Shown: piece after piece, positions 38,945 to 51,838 of the stretch
How the letters are laid out: each line of letters begins with the position of its first letter
How positions within the stretch are numbered: the stretch's first letter is position 1
DNA from: Eledone cirrhosa
Taxonomy: Eukaryota
DNA: 64,000 nucleotides
Assembly (NCBI GenBank): GCA_964016885.1
Contig: OZ024743.1
Span: 181,350,001-181,414,000 of the forward strand
Reading direction: 5' to 3'
Position numbers and translations under genes: made by a program
The notes under the pieces: generated by a model
What the model saw: the letters and a program-made list of their open reading frames with translations, nothing else
Database searches by the model: none
What the model was told of the DNA's origin: nothing

Positions 38945-40147
38945 AGGGCGGTGGAGTGGCAGTATCGGTAGAGGGTCGGACGCCATACTTTGCAGCATAG
39001 AGGTACGGCCCTTTATGATCTGAGTTCAAATCCCGCCGAGGTTAGCTTTGCCTTTCATCCTTACGGGGTCGATAAAATAAAGTACCAGTCACGCAAAATT
39101 GATGGCCTTGTGCCTATATAAGAAACTATTATTTTACGACAAGTGAGGAAGGTGGATTGGCAGTGTCGGTAGAGCGTCAGACAACATGCTATGCAGTACA
39201 GTAATCCCCCGCTATATCGTGGTTCACTTTTCGTGGTTCCGCTACATCACGGATTTTTCTTTGGAACGTATCTAATTTCCTATCGCGGTAATCCTCGCTA
39301 CATCGCGGATTTTTCTTTGGAACGTATCTAATTTCCTATCGCGGTAATCCTCGCTACATCGCGGATTTTTCGCTTGAACATATCTATCATTTTCTTATCG
39401 CGGTACGTACGTCTGAATAAAAAGTGTTTAAAATTTAATCGTATTAAATAAGTTTCGATGTGACTGAAGTGTATAGCGTAAGGCTTTAACTATAAAAAAT
39501 TGTTTTTATTTTTCATTCCATTACTGTTTTACTGATTGTGTTTTTCTCTAATCTACCATAAATGCTTCATAGATTGACGGGAGATGTGCAGTGTATTACC
39601 AAGCGGCTAACGCGGGTGGTAATGGTCGTCATTGGTAACTAGTGGTACGATGGCTGGTGATAATTTCTATACGATCATTACTGGCTGTTTTTGTGTTTAA
39701 ATACAAATGTGTGTTTTAATGAGTTTATATGTACTTAAAGCGTGTAGGAGACGTATTTTAAGGCTTAAACTATGGAAATAATGGTTGTCTTTATGGTCTC
39801 TGCATATCGTGGATTTTCATCTATCACGGTTGGTTCTGGAATGTATACCCCGCGATAAACGGGGGAATTACTGTATGTAGTAACGTTCTTTTACATTCTG
39901 GGGCCAAATCTCGTCGAGATTAGTTTTGCCTTACATCCTTACAGGGTCGATAAAATAAAGTACCAGTAACATACTAGGTCGATCTAATCGACTTTCCCCT
40001 CCCCCAAAATTGCTGCCTAAATCAGAAACCATTATTTTACGATAATCCCGCCGAGGTTAACTTTGCCTTTCATCCTTACGGGGTCAATAAAATAAAGTAC
40101 CAGTAATACACTGGATAATTGCTGGCCTTATGCCTAACGTAGAAACC
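38945..40147 (+). mobile_element. Three tandem SINE family A insertions (38945-39127, 39150-40030, 40044-40147)
   Basis: Three family cores, each bounded by ATTATTTTACGAYA; the middle copy is split by a MITE. Confidence 0.9.
39199..39873. mobile_element. Tigger/pogo-type MITE, 675 bp
   Basis: TIRs CAGTAATCCCCCGCTATATCG / CGATAAACGGGGGAATTACTG; TA TSD; internal ~56-bp tandem repeat at 39240-39400. Confidence 0.92.
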
Positions 40148-40345
40148 ATTATTTTACGATAGGTGAGTTACAGGTATTTTTCATTCTAAAAACTTCCAAA
40201 TAGTTTTCCTCAACTTAATTTCACTCACAAGACACGGATACATTATCTACCTAAATAACATCTGGACATGAAATCATACATCTACAGTAGCAGTTGTCAT
40301 AGCAACAACTAGAGTAGCAATACTATTGGTAACAACTACAGTACA

Positions 40346-40670
40346 CACTGCCTCTGTCTCTCCCGCTCTCCCCATCTCTCACTATTATAAGCAAATGGGG
40401 GTCCACGCGCTAGCCGACCCGTGACCCCGGCGGACAGAATAGAGAAAGCGTTTCCCCGGAGGATGGTGAAAGAGACGCGTTGTAAGAGTCATTCCAGCTC
40501 TCGAGGCTCACACCTGCAGGTAGCCAACTCCGTGCCGATGGTGGTGAGTAGGGAGGTGGTCCTGAGGTCTAAGACACCAGAAGTCTCCACTGCTACGAGT
40601 AGCCAACTCCTTGCCGATGGTGGTGAGTAGGGAGGTGGTCCTTGAGGCAAGGACACCAGAAGTCTCCACT
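40346..40670 (+). mobile_element. GC-rich dispersed repeat with 72-bp internal duplication
   Basis: GTAGCCAACTCC...GAAGTCTCCACT at 40520-40591 and 40599-40670. Confidence 0.75.
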
Positions 40671-41842
40671 AATCAACTGGAGTCTATAGTAAATAACACT
40701 CGAAATAAGATGCCGCACAGTGGAATCGAACCCAGGACTTAATGATTGTGAAGTGAACGTCTTAATCATTCAGTCATGCTGGGTTCATCGCTCAAAACAT
40801 TATCAATTTGTCCCCTACTTCTTTCTTCCTGCCTTAAATGAGACCTTTCAACTTCAATATGTCGACCGTTGATGAAAACAGTAAAAAAAAAATGAAGATG
40901 AAGGGCGGAAATGATTCATTCATAAGACAAGCATGTTCCTTTCACAGACAGGAAGAATTTTATATCAGGAAGTTTTATTTGTTTTTGTTCTAGGTGTTGT
41001 TATTGTTAGTGTTGTTGTTTGTTGGTTTCTGTTATATTTTCGTATAACTTTGTGTGTATTTAGCCCCACCATCACCATCACCATACAAGAATTAAATCTT
41101 AAATGTCATACGTGAAAGAAGTTACTTGATAGATGTCGTTTATTTGGCTAGTTGTGACTTTTACTCGACCAGACATTATGGAGAGTGACTCATTTTGATA
41201 TTTAAATAAGAATATGACAGAGATGAGTTGTCGTAGTAAAAAAGTATTAACATGAAGAATTCAAAGCAGATTAAGACAGAGAAGGAGATGAAGAGTAGAA
41301 GAAGAAAGAGGGCAACAAGGAAGCAGGACGTTCTTACTAAACACAAACGCCCGACGCTGAGTTAGTGTTTAGGGTTCATTAAACAGAAGAGGGCTACAAG
41401 TATATGCGAGAGTATATGTTAAATTATAATAATGCAAGTACTTGGGTTAAAAATAGTATCAAACCGCTTTCAATGAATTTCTATTCATATTTTATTTTTT
41501 ACCCATATACACACACATACATAACTGACTGGCAATCCGTCGGTTACGACGATGAGAAATTCCAGTTGATACGATCAACGGAACAGCCTGCTGGTGAAAT
41601 TAACGTGCAAGTGGGTGAGCATTCCACAGACGCGTATCCTTACCGTAGTTCTCGTGGAGATTCAGCGTGACACAGAATGTGACAAGGCTAACCCTTCGAA
41701 TTATAGGTACAACTCATTTATGCCAGCTGAGTGGACTGGAGCAACGTGAAATAAACGTGACACAAAGCGCCGCCGAGAATCTAACTCACGAACTTACGAT
41801 TGTGAGCCGAATACCTTAGCCACAAAGCCACGCGCTTTCACA

Positions 41843-41912
41843 CATACATACATACATACATACATACATACATACATACATACATACATACATACATACA
41901 TACATACATACA
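41843..41912. repeat. (TACA)n microsatellite
   Basis: Direct reading. Also 42141-42217, 43124-43209 and, reversed, 60647-60744. Confidence 0.97.
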
Positions 41913-42217
41913 TGGTGGCTGCCAACTCGTTTTCGAGTACGGCCACTACTTTATATCCATGTAGGAAAACCCCTAACGAGCGTGACTTTTTAATCCAGCC
42001 AGCGACTTGAAAACTCTGGCACAAACACTACACTTGTGACAACTATTGACACATAGTGCTGGGCCCATGGTACCATGTGATGACAAGTGCAGAGAGATCT
42101 CCAGATATAGAGCAATGCCTGTGCCGTGAACATATATATATACATACATATATACATACATACATACATACATACATACATACATACATACATACATACA
42201 TACATACATACATACAT

Positions 42218-43123
42218 AAAGAATAAAGCCTGATATAAATCTCTCACCCAGAGAAATCGGAAGATCCTATTCAATGTTCAAACAAGAAAAAAAAAATTGA
42301 CCAATTTACAGAAAAAGTTGTGCATGGATACTTGAGGCGTAAAACACAGACCATAGAGGGGATAAACCACTCAAAAAGCCTGGCATGGAGTTCCGACAAG
42401 TTTATGACATCACACCTTGAGGGATATCTCTATGCAATACAGGAACAAGAACTCCCTACCAAATATCTGCTGCACAAAAGAGGAGGGCCAGCAGCTGACA
42501 ATAAATGTAGGCTATGTAAAACAAAGATCGAGGATGTAAGCCACATTGTTGCCAGCTGCGAAAGAATGTCATCTCGCTTCTACCTCCCCATGAGACACGA
42601 TAGGATAGCTAGAACTATCTGGAACGCACTTCGGAAAACAAAATTAACAACAAACGAGGAACAATATATTGAGACAGATGGCACTAAGGAATACTGGTGG
42701 AACCTGAAAATAAAAACTGCCACCAAATTAAAGCACAACCGGCCTGATATTGTTGTTTGAGACCACACATTGAAAACGTGTTCTGTTGTGGAGATCAGCT
42801 GCCCACTTGATGTAAACGTTGTCAGAAAAATACAGGAGAAGAAGGACATCTACGGACCATTGATGAGGAGTTTACAAATCCAGTATCCAAGATACATCTT
42901 TAGCTTCATACCCATCACTATTGGAGCTACGGGTTATATACCAACCCGCTTGGACCAAAGTATGACTGAACTTGGATTTGCGGACAAAAAGCGCAGCTCC
43001 CTAATTCATAGTCTACAAAACATTCTTGCGATTCAAGGGATGACAATTTCTTTTCTTTTACAACCTTGCCACCAGGAAGGTGGCCGGTCAAAAAAATATA
43101 CTCGAAATTAAGAGAAAGAGATA
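42218..43123 (+). mobile_element. R4/Dong-clade retrotransposon 3' part (zinc knuckle + RLE)
   Basis: HGYL, EGYLYAIQEQ, CRLCKTKIEDVSHIVASC, RHD, NRPDIVV, VEISCPLD; flanked by (TACA)n. Confidence 0.9.
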
Positions 43124-43209
43124 ACATACATACATACATACATACATACATACATACATACATACATACATACATACATACATACATACATACATACATA
43201 CATACATAC

Positions 43210-45745
43210 TACCCGAAAAGGTAGATGAAAGAAAAGTGCTTAATAAAAGATTCAGACGAAACCAAACACCAGTCTATAGAGATATGAAGGACAAAATAAT
43301 AAGTGTCACTGAGGCCCCATCCCAGAAAGACAGATTCCTTTTAGAGAAAAAAATGGGGTGAAAAGAAGAATTTCAACCAAGATGCAGTGTGGCTAAAAGA
43401 AATTCAAAAGAACTATTGCTCCTACACTACAACAAAAACATACGAAATAAGTGAGGGTACCCTTGAGACTGTGATAGGAAAACTCCAAGATAAGAAAACA
43501 CCAGGAAGAGACATGATTATCGGCTACTGGTGCAAAAAACTGATATTCTATCGGAGGTATCTTACCGACCTCTACCAACAAGTTCTTAAGGGAGATACAC
43601 TTATACCAGAATGGTTGACATTAGCACAAACATTACTGGTCCCAAAGAACAAACATACCCACTTGGCAAAACTACCGATCCATTGCATGCCAGAACCTGA
43701 TCTATACAGCCTGCCTGAACCTATTCCTCCAAGATCACTGTGAAAATACTAACATCATCAGAGATGAACAAGCAGCTGGAAAGAAAGGGGTTTGGGGATG
43801 TGCTGAACAACTCCTAATCAACAAAACTGCGATGTTGGAGGTGCGACAACTTAGGAGGAATATGGCTACAGTCTGGCTGGACTCGATTCTGTTCCCCACT
43901 CTTGCATGATAGTGGCCCTCCGACTTGCTAATGTCCCAGACATTATTATCAGAGCGATAGAGAAGCTGTCTTCTTCTGGGCTACTATCCTAAAGTTAAAG
44001 ACAGAGAAGAAGGACTCTATTTTCATTGATAAAATAAAATATCGCAGGGGTATATTTCAGGGAGACAGTCTCTCTGTGATATTATTTATCCTGTCATTAA
44101 ATCCCTTGTCCTTACTGCTCAAGAAATGTGAAGGATACAACATTGGCTCACAGGAGGACAGAAATACGAACCTAACCCATAATTTCTTTGTGGACGATCT
44201 GAAACTCTATGCCAAGAACATGGATGTGATGAAGAAAAATTTTGACCTGGTTACAACATTCTCAAAGGATATAGGAATGGAGTTTGGCCAAGATAAATGT
44301 TCATATATGATTGTAAAGCGGGGAAAAACAACAACCCAATCTAGCAACATTGGCATCAATGGTCTAACTGTTTCACCGATATCTGATGAGGACTGCTACA
44401 GATACCTGGGGATAGATGAGAACATATCCTATAATGGTATCTGTAATAAGGAACGCGTAACCAGGGAATACTACACCCGATTAAGAAAGATATGGTTATC
44501 GGAACTCTCTGCGCAAAACAAAACAGTGGCTCACAGTGTGTTTGCTGTGCCTGTCCTAACACCAACGTTTGGAATACTCAATTGGACGATAGACGAAATC
44601 CGAGCAGTTGATGTTGGAATTCGAAAAATACTGAACAACACCGGAAACTTCCACATCAACAGTGACATAGACCGCCTTTACTTGAAACGTAAGCAGGGAG
44701 GCAGAGGCCTAACATCAATCCAGACAGCATTTCAATGTCGCATCATATCTCTCCGACAACATCTACGAACCTCGAAGCGTAGGTGCCCGTCTCTCGAGCA
44801 AGTCTATCTGCATGAAACAGATAAGATCATGAGAGTTGGGCAGGAACTCCTCGAAAGATATTCCGTGTGATAATCAAAACCTCACACCTAGGGAAGTCGC
44901 TCAGCAGTATCGCAGTGAATCCATGGATGAAAAACTGCATGCTTATCAGCAAAAAATCATGCATGGATATGTTGCTAGGAAGCTCCAGAGTGAGAGTAAT
45001 ATAGATAAGGAAAGTAGTCTATCTTGGACCAACAACCGCTATATTGGCTCCCACTTTGAAGGATACGCTTTTGCAGTCCAAGAACAGGAAATAATAACGA
45101 AATACCTGATTCACAAAATAGATAGGGATGCAGGCAAAACACCTAGATGTGATAACAAGTGAAGACTCTGCAGAATTAACATCGAAGATGTGACCCATGT
45201 CATAAGCAGCTGTCCAAAGATGTCATCGCGGTACTATCTCCATATGAGGCATGATGTAGTGGCCAAAACACTGTACAATGCATTCCGTAGAAAAGATAGC
45301 TCCGATAATAAACACATTAAAAGCTACAGCAATGTGGAAGACATACATATACATAATATGAAAGAGTACTGGTGGGATGTTCCAGTAAAAACCCCAATAA
45401 AATGCAGGCATAACAGACCAGATATTATGATATGGGACAGGGAAAAGAAGGCATGCACAGTAGTGGAGGTTAGCTACCCAGCAGATGCCAATATAATATC
45501 AAAGATTAGCGAAAAGGAGAATATGTATGCAGAACTGATGAGAAACCTGCAGATACTCCACCCTGATTACACCTTCAGATTTATGCCTGTGATTATTGGG
45601 GCACTGGGATATGTTAGTAACTGCGTCAATACAAATCTCGAGAAGCTGGGCTTCACAGGAACAGAAAGAACACAACTAGTTAGGAAATTACAAGTACAAT
45701 CCATTAATGGAACAGTAAAAATATGTAAAACATTCCAAAAGTGGG
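43210..45745 (+). pseudogene. R4/Dong-clade RT-CCHC-RLE ORF, 5'-truncated and disrupted
   Basis: PGRD, RGIFQGDSLS, FFVDDLKLY, FGQDKC, YRYLG, RLYLKRKQGGRGL, MHGY, RHD, NRPDI; begins directly after (TACA)n. Confidence 0.93.
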
Positions 45746-46199
45746 GAAAGGCCTTGCACTCGACCAATCCCACTCTCTGAACATCGAAAACACTACCCGA
45801 AAAGGAGAACGGGTCAACATCATCGGTTTCTTCCGAAGCCGCAGGGCTTTTTGTTTTCCAGAGTTTCTCTTTTCTAGAAAGTTGTTGTGACAACATCTGG
45901 GGGCCTTTAACTCCCAGTTTAAAAAAAAAGAAAGAAAAAGTACTATTTGGATGGCCGTTGACCCTGTTGAGTTCCTCCGCCTTTTGCCGGGTCTTGTATT
46001 TCATCCCGCATGGTCTCCAAATATCACCCTCCTCACCAAGCAGCTTACATATATACATATGATGGCTGCAACTCGATTTCGAGTGATGCCATTGCTTGAT
46101 ACTTAAGCATGAGCATCACGGATATGGCTTTTTAGTCCTGCTAGGGACTTGCCTATGGCCAGCAATACCATGCGTCACAAACAAATGTCAAATATGAAT

Positions 46200-46632
46200 G
46201 TCACTACTACTGCTATAACTACTACTGCTGTTGCTGCTACTACTGCTGTTGTTGCTACTACTACTGCTGCTGCTACTACTGCTGCTACTACTACTGCTGC
46301 TACTACTGCTACTACTACGACTACTACTGCTGCTACTACTATTACTACTACTACTACTGCTGCTACTATTACTGCTGCTGCTACTACTACTGCTGCTACT
46401 ACTACTACTACTACTACTACGACTACTACTACTGCTGCTACTACTATTATTACTACTACTACTGCTGCTACTACTACTGCTGCTACTATTACTGCTGCTG
46501 CTACTACTACTACTGCTACTACTATTACTACTACTACGACTACTACTGCTGCTACTACTACTGCTGCTACTACTACTACTACTACTACTAGTAGTAGTAG
46601 TAGTACTACTACTACTACTACTACTACTACTA
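46200..46632. repeat. Compound (ACT/GCT)n trinucleotide repeat
   Basis: Direct reading. Mixed CAT/CTT/ACT tracts also at 56740-57430. Confidence 0.95.
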
Positions 46633-46867
46633 TCATTTGTATGTTCAATTTTGCAAGTAGTAGTATCGGCATGACAGAAATACAATACCGAGACGTTGGC
46701 GATTGATAATCACAAAAGACAATAAACTGTATCTTCAAACTGCAATGTCACCATCAAATTACATTTAAAGGTAAGATAGGAAAGTAAGGTGAGCGGAAGG
46801 TGTAACACAACTCGTCTTAATTACATGACCACCCACAATTGTTATTCTAGCATATTTTATTATTAAA

Positions 46868-47140
46868 TATCACAGCTCCGATACTACGGACATGTAATTA
46901 GAATGTCTCAGGCAGATTTTACGGGCAAAAGGAACGGGCGGGTGGGATACCTAGGGTAAGACCCAGGGGGAGATCCTAAGCAAAATGGTTAGATAACATC
47001 CATGAGCTTGGCTGGTCTCGCTTCAGGATCCAGTCGGATCAGTTGGAGGCGGTTGCTACTGAAAGAGCCTGCTGGAAGGAGTATCTGAGGTCTCTGCCCC
47101 CACGACCCTCTCAGAAGAAGAAGAAAAAGAAGAAGAAGAA
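46868..47140 (+). mobile_element. RTE-clade LINE 3' end (inverted partner at 48400-48570)
   Basis: GATAACATCCATGAGCTTGGCTGGTCTCGC motif and a short GAA tail. Confidence 0.8.
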
Positions 47141-47609
47141 TTAAAATACAATATGTATAAAACAAACAAAAAATAGCGAACAAAAGTGGATAGAGTAAAG
47201 TTTTTAGTTTTACGCTGTAAGGAAGATATAGAGATGATTCGAGAGCTGTCATTCTGTGGAAGAGAGAGATGGGGGCGGAGAGAAACCATAAGTGTGGAGG
47301 AGACGTTCAATAGCATCTTACGTAGTAGAGTGAAGGCATGTAGCTTATTAGTTAAGGTGTTTAGCTCCCGAAAGTAAGGTGGTGAGTTCGAATCCCGGTG
47401 GCATATTGATTCTGTCCACTCAGCTGACAAAACTATGAGTTGTACCTGTAATATAAAGAGACAACCTTGTCACAGCTGCCTAACATGTGTTGAACTAGAC
47501 GTTTAATTTAATGAGCAGGCAGTTCCGTTGATCGAATCAACTGGATCACACTCGTCGTCGTAACTGACGGGGGTCCAATAGTGGAAAGGTAGACGTGATG
47601 GAATGTGAA

Positions 47610-48400
47610 GCAGAAATGAATGATGGGGGGAACAAGTGAAATATATACGAATAATGATGGTTTTAATTAAGGTGTGTTGGGTGTATGTGAAATGTGGCGG
47701 GGATGAACTATATATGGGTGTACGAAGAGTGTTCGTATGTATGACGTATTTGGGGCTCTTTGAATTGCGTTTTGTATTAAGGGGTGTTTGTGTGAAAGGT
47801 GATATTTTTTTGTATTGGTATGTAGGTGTGCGTGTGTTTGTGCGTGGCTACAGAGGTGATAGAGTGAAAGAATGTTCCCAATTCACCTGACACTCTCCAG
47901 AGTTACACAGTTGACGAATGTATTGGCACCACCCACCTCATCGATAATAGCCAAATTCCTTTATTATTTTCGCCAACTTACTCCCACTGTTCTAGAATTC
48001 ACATCAACCATCTCCACCACTCCTATCAATTTTCTCGACATCTCAGCTTCTACTAATCACCAGTTTCTTTCACAGACTCACTGAGTTTTAGATCGACATC
48101 CTTCCATCCTAACATACTAACAAAACCCTGCTACCTACTACACACATTTCATTCACTCTATCACTTCTGTAGCGACACACACACCACCACCACCACCACC
48201 ACCTAGATACCAATACAAAAGTACCACCTTTCATACAAACAACCCTTTTATACAAAATGTCACACAAACTCACAAGCACTCCATACATACAAACACCCTT
48301 CGCACACACATACACAGTTCTTCCCACACACTTCACATACACACAACACACCTTAATTAGAACCATCATTATTCATATATATTTCATTTCTTCATTTCAT
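47610..48400 (+). mobile_element. Degenerate Penelope-like remnant with inverted flanks
   Basis: 47900-48125 gives VDECIG..LEFTSTISTTPINFLDIS, similar to 22383-22530; 47625-47876 is inverted at 48143-48395. Confidence 0.7.
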
Positions 48401-49889
48401 CCAGCTGGATCCCCAACCGTGACCAGCCGAGCTCCTGGATATTATCCAACCATCTTGCTTGAGGTCTCCTGTCGGCTGGTTCTACCTGTAAGATCTGTCC
48501 AGCGATTCTTTCCTGAGACATTCTAACCTCATGTCCATAATATTGGAGCTGTGATCTTTCAATTCAGAGACCCCCACCTCCAAAAAAAAAGCCAAAAAGC
48601 AAATTCAAAAAACGGAAAAAACGAGTTGGTCATGGTAAAAGTCCATGTTATCGAAGTTCGGTTCGACCTGAGCTGGCCTCTGACTAAACAACTGCGAAAG
48701 ATATCGATGTCTTATATATCCTTACTTAAGGTAATAAAATATGCTAGAATAACAATTGTGGGTGGTTATGTAATTAAGACGAGTTGTGTTACACCTTTCG
48801 CTCACCTTACTTTCCTACCTTACCTTTAAATGTATTTGTTGGTGACATTGCAGTTTGAAGATACAGTTTATGGCCGTTTGTGATCATTAATCGCTAAGGT
48901 CTCTCTATTGCTAAAGAACATAGCATGCCACAGCATTTCTGGGGAAATTTAAAACTTGGTGGAGACCATTTCCTCTCCAGGTCTGAATACAGCGGATTTC
49001 TTCCAAAGAAGGATAGGAGAGAGTGAAAGAATGGAAGTGAGAAAAGGATATAGATAGAATAAGACTTGACCCCAGTACTTGGCTGGTACTTTTTTATCGA
49101 TCTTGAATGGATGAAAGGCAAAGCTGACCGCGGTGGAATTTGAACTCAGAGAGCACAGGGCCGAACTGAATAACACAAAGTACCCTATCCGACGTTCTTA
49201 CGACTCTGCCGATTCGACGCTTTGCATTTAGAATACACCATCCAAAATCCAGAGACGATGGTGTATTATAAACATATTATGGTTTCTGATTTATGCCAGC
49301 AATTTGGGGGGGGGGGGGATTCGCTTATATCGACCCCAGCACAGATACAACTTATTTAATTAAAATACTTTGCTCGACAACACAACGCGCTGACAGGAAT
49401 CGGAATCAGAACTTTGCAATGTTTCAGTTTTTATCTCTTGTATTATATATAAACAACCAATAACAAAACAACTATTAAAGAGAATAAAACAAAGTGAAAT
49501 GAAAAAAGAATCAAGCAATGAAAGAAAAGGAGAGGGACATACATTACACCCCAGTTTGAGCGGTGCCTCAGCCGAGCACCCCTCGGCAAAGTTGGATTTA
49601 GGCTTTTAAGAGGCCCAGAACACTTCAGGTTTGTGGGGGGCTCCTCATACACAAAAAAAATAGAATATATAGCACACACACTCTACACCCCAATTTTACA
49701 TATCAAACTTATCTTGGCGCAAGTAATTGAAATTGAAAAGTTATATATACATGTCTTAATTTCAAAAATTCTAAAAATCCTAAAACTAAAAAGCCCAGCT
49801 GAAGGCACAAATAAATTGCTATGACCGTCAAATAAATTGCCCCCTTGTCACCCCCTCCCATTAAATGTGGTACTGCCCCCCCCCCCCCC

Positions 49890-49960
49890 CTTGACAAAAT
49901 GGCAAAGACATTACCGCGAAGAGCAGCTTGAGACACTGATTGCAACACCCTAACCATTAA
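49890..49960 (-). mobile_element. CRE-clade C-terminal fragment
   Basis: LQSVSQAALRGNVFAILS matches the end of the 19575 element. Confidence 0.55.
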
Positions 49961-50437
49961 GAGACTGCTCTCACCGTCAGTTGTATTTTATCGTAAAAAG
50001 GACCCCATCAAACAACTACATTTTAAAAGATGAATTAAGTAAGTACGACTGCCAATGATGACAATCTCTTCTGTCGCCTCGTTGACCAGAGGTTGGTGTT
50101 AGCGGATACTAAATTTCGTGAACTTTGACACCAAGATGATTCTTAGTTTTCATTCTAGTGGGCTCTTCCTTCAGTGAAATTATTATAAAAATAAATAAAT
50201 AAATAAATAAAGGTTGATGAGGGATGAATCAGTCAGACGATGTTTGAAATACTTATAGAACAAGTTATATATTATATGTTTCCGAGTATTTTCCGCTTCT
50301 GGTGGTAACATATAGCCAACACTTGACAGCCATAAATAACATACAGCATATGAGAGCCATTCTCTCTGGCTTACTAATGTAAGACAAACTATAAACAGAA
50401 ACACTCATACACATATATGCCCACACTCCCACTGACA

Positions 50438-50524
<87 letters not shown>

Positions 50525-50819
50525 ACTCACAGACACATACACACTCACATTGACAGGCAAGCAGACACACACACACACGCACACTCATATTGACAGACAG
50601 ACAGACACATACACACCCACACTGAGAGATACACTCACACACACACACACAGACACATATATATATATAGAGAGAGTGAGAGAGAGAGAGAGGGGGGAGA
50701 TAGAGATGTAGGCGCACATCTATTTATACGCCGCCTTCATTTACATAAAACGACGAAAGTCGAACTCACCGAAACACTGGCATGAGAATGTTAATACATA
50801 ACTGTATGAATATTATATA

Positions 50820-50860
50820 CTAGCTGGTCCCGTGCCGTCAAAAATGACGGCTGCTAATTG
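50820..50860 (-). mobile_element. Helitron-like 3' end
   Basis: Minus strand hairpin GCCGTCA-TTTT-TGACGGC, then ACGGGACCAG-CTAG|T. Confidence 0.6.
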
Positions 50861-51289
50861 TAATATGTATGCATATATGTGTAGCCAAATCGCTACACAC
50901 ACACACACACACACACACAGAGCTGAGACGAATCTTAGAACGCTGGACCTCATAGTTTCTAACCTCCCCCCTCCTTCCTCAGTCATCACATAGAAGTGTG
51001 TGTATGTAGTAATTATTTTTTCTAATGTGTCTGTTTATACATATGTATGTGTAGATTCGTGTGTTTGTAATTCTATTGTCTATATATCTTTCTAAATAAA
51101 AACACACAGACACAAATATTACACACACAAACACACACATAATCATCACAGCCAATGTGTGTAGCCAATTCGCTTAACATGGATACACAGATGTAGTGAA
51201 TATTGGACGCTACCTCCTTCCTTTCTCAGTCGAAGTTTCCACCCCTTCCTTTCTCAGTTTGTCGTCACCCTTTCCTTATATTAGTAGGT

Positions 51290-51438
51290 TTCCATTCTGA
51301 GTTCAAATCCCGCCGAGGTTAACTTTGCCTTTCATCCTTACGGGGTCGATAAAATAAAGTACCAGTCACGCACTGGGTCGATTTAATCGACTTTCCCCTC
51401 CCCCAAAATTGCTGGCCTTGTGCCTATATAAGAAACCA
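51290..51438 (+). mobile_element. SINE family A, 5'-truncated, with 14-bp TSD
   Basis: TTATATTAGTAGGT at 51276-51289 and 51439-51452. Other copies at 55470-55607(-), 57153-57262(+), 58873-59090(+) and 59110-59278(+). Confidence 0.88.
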
Positions 51439-51838
51439 TTATATTAGTAGGTGGATTGGCAGTATCGTTCGAGGGTCGGACATCATGCTTTGACGCATAG
51501 AGTTACGGCCCTTGCCATTATGTGTACGTATGCATACTTACTTTTATGTATCAGCTGTGCTAGAGCGAGAAATAATATTCTTATTTTATTTTTAATATTC
51601 GGCAAAGACAGTCGTAACTCGCTCGGTATACAAATGAGGCTACTCAGCCGATGTATACTTAAGAAAATGCTATATATTTTCAACCGTTCAACAGATTGGT
51701 AGAGGTATACAGTTCTGATGAAGGCCCAGAAACATGTTGATTGTTCCTCAATGCCAGTGTTGAACAAACAGTTGCCGATCAGTCACCTGCCCGGCGCAGC
51801 TTCTAATCGGGCTAGTTTGTTTACAAACGAATCGAACA

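Noticed and set aside
43208-45805. 14-bp direct repeat ACTACCCGAAAAGG at 43208 and 45792 as a TSD
   Set aside because: The first copy lies within R4 coding sequence and the second is not at the element boundary; matches of this length are expected by chance in 64 kb.
48824-48894. Possible 70-nt minus-strand exon RLMITNGHKLYLQTAMSPTNTFK before GTAAG
   Set aside because: The acceptor is weak and the inverted copy has a frame-breaking insertion; kept only as part of the inverted structure.
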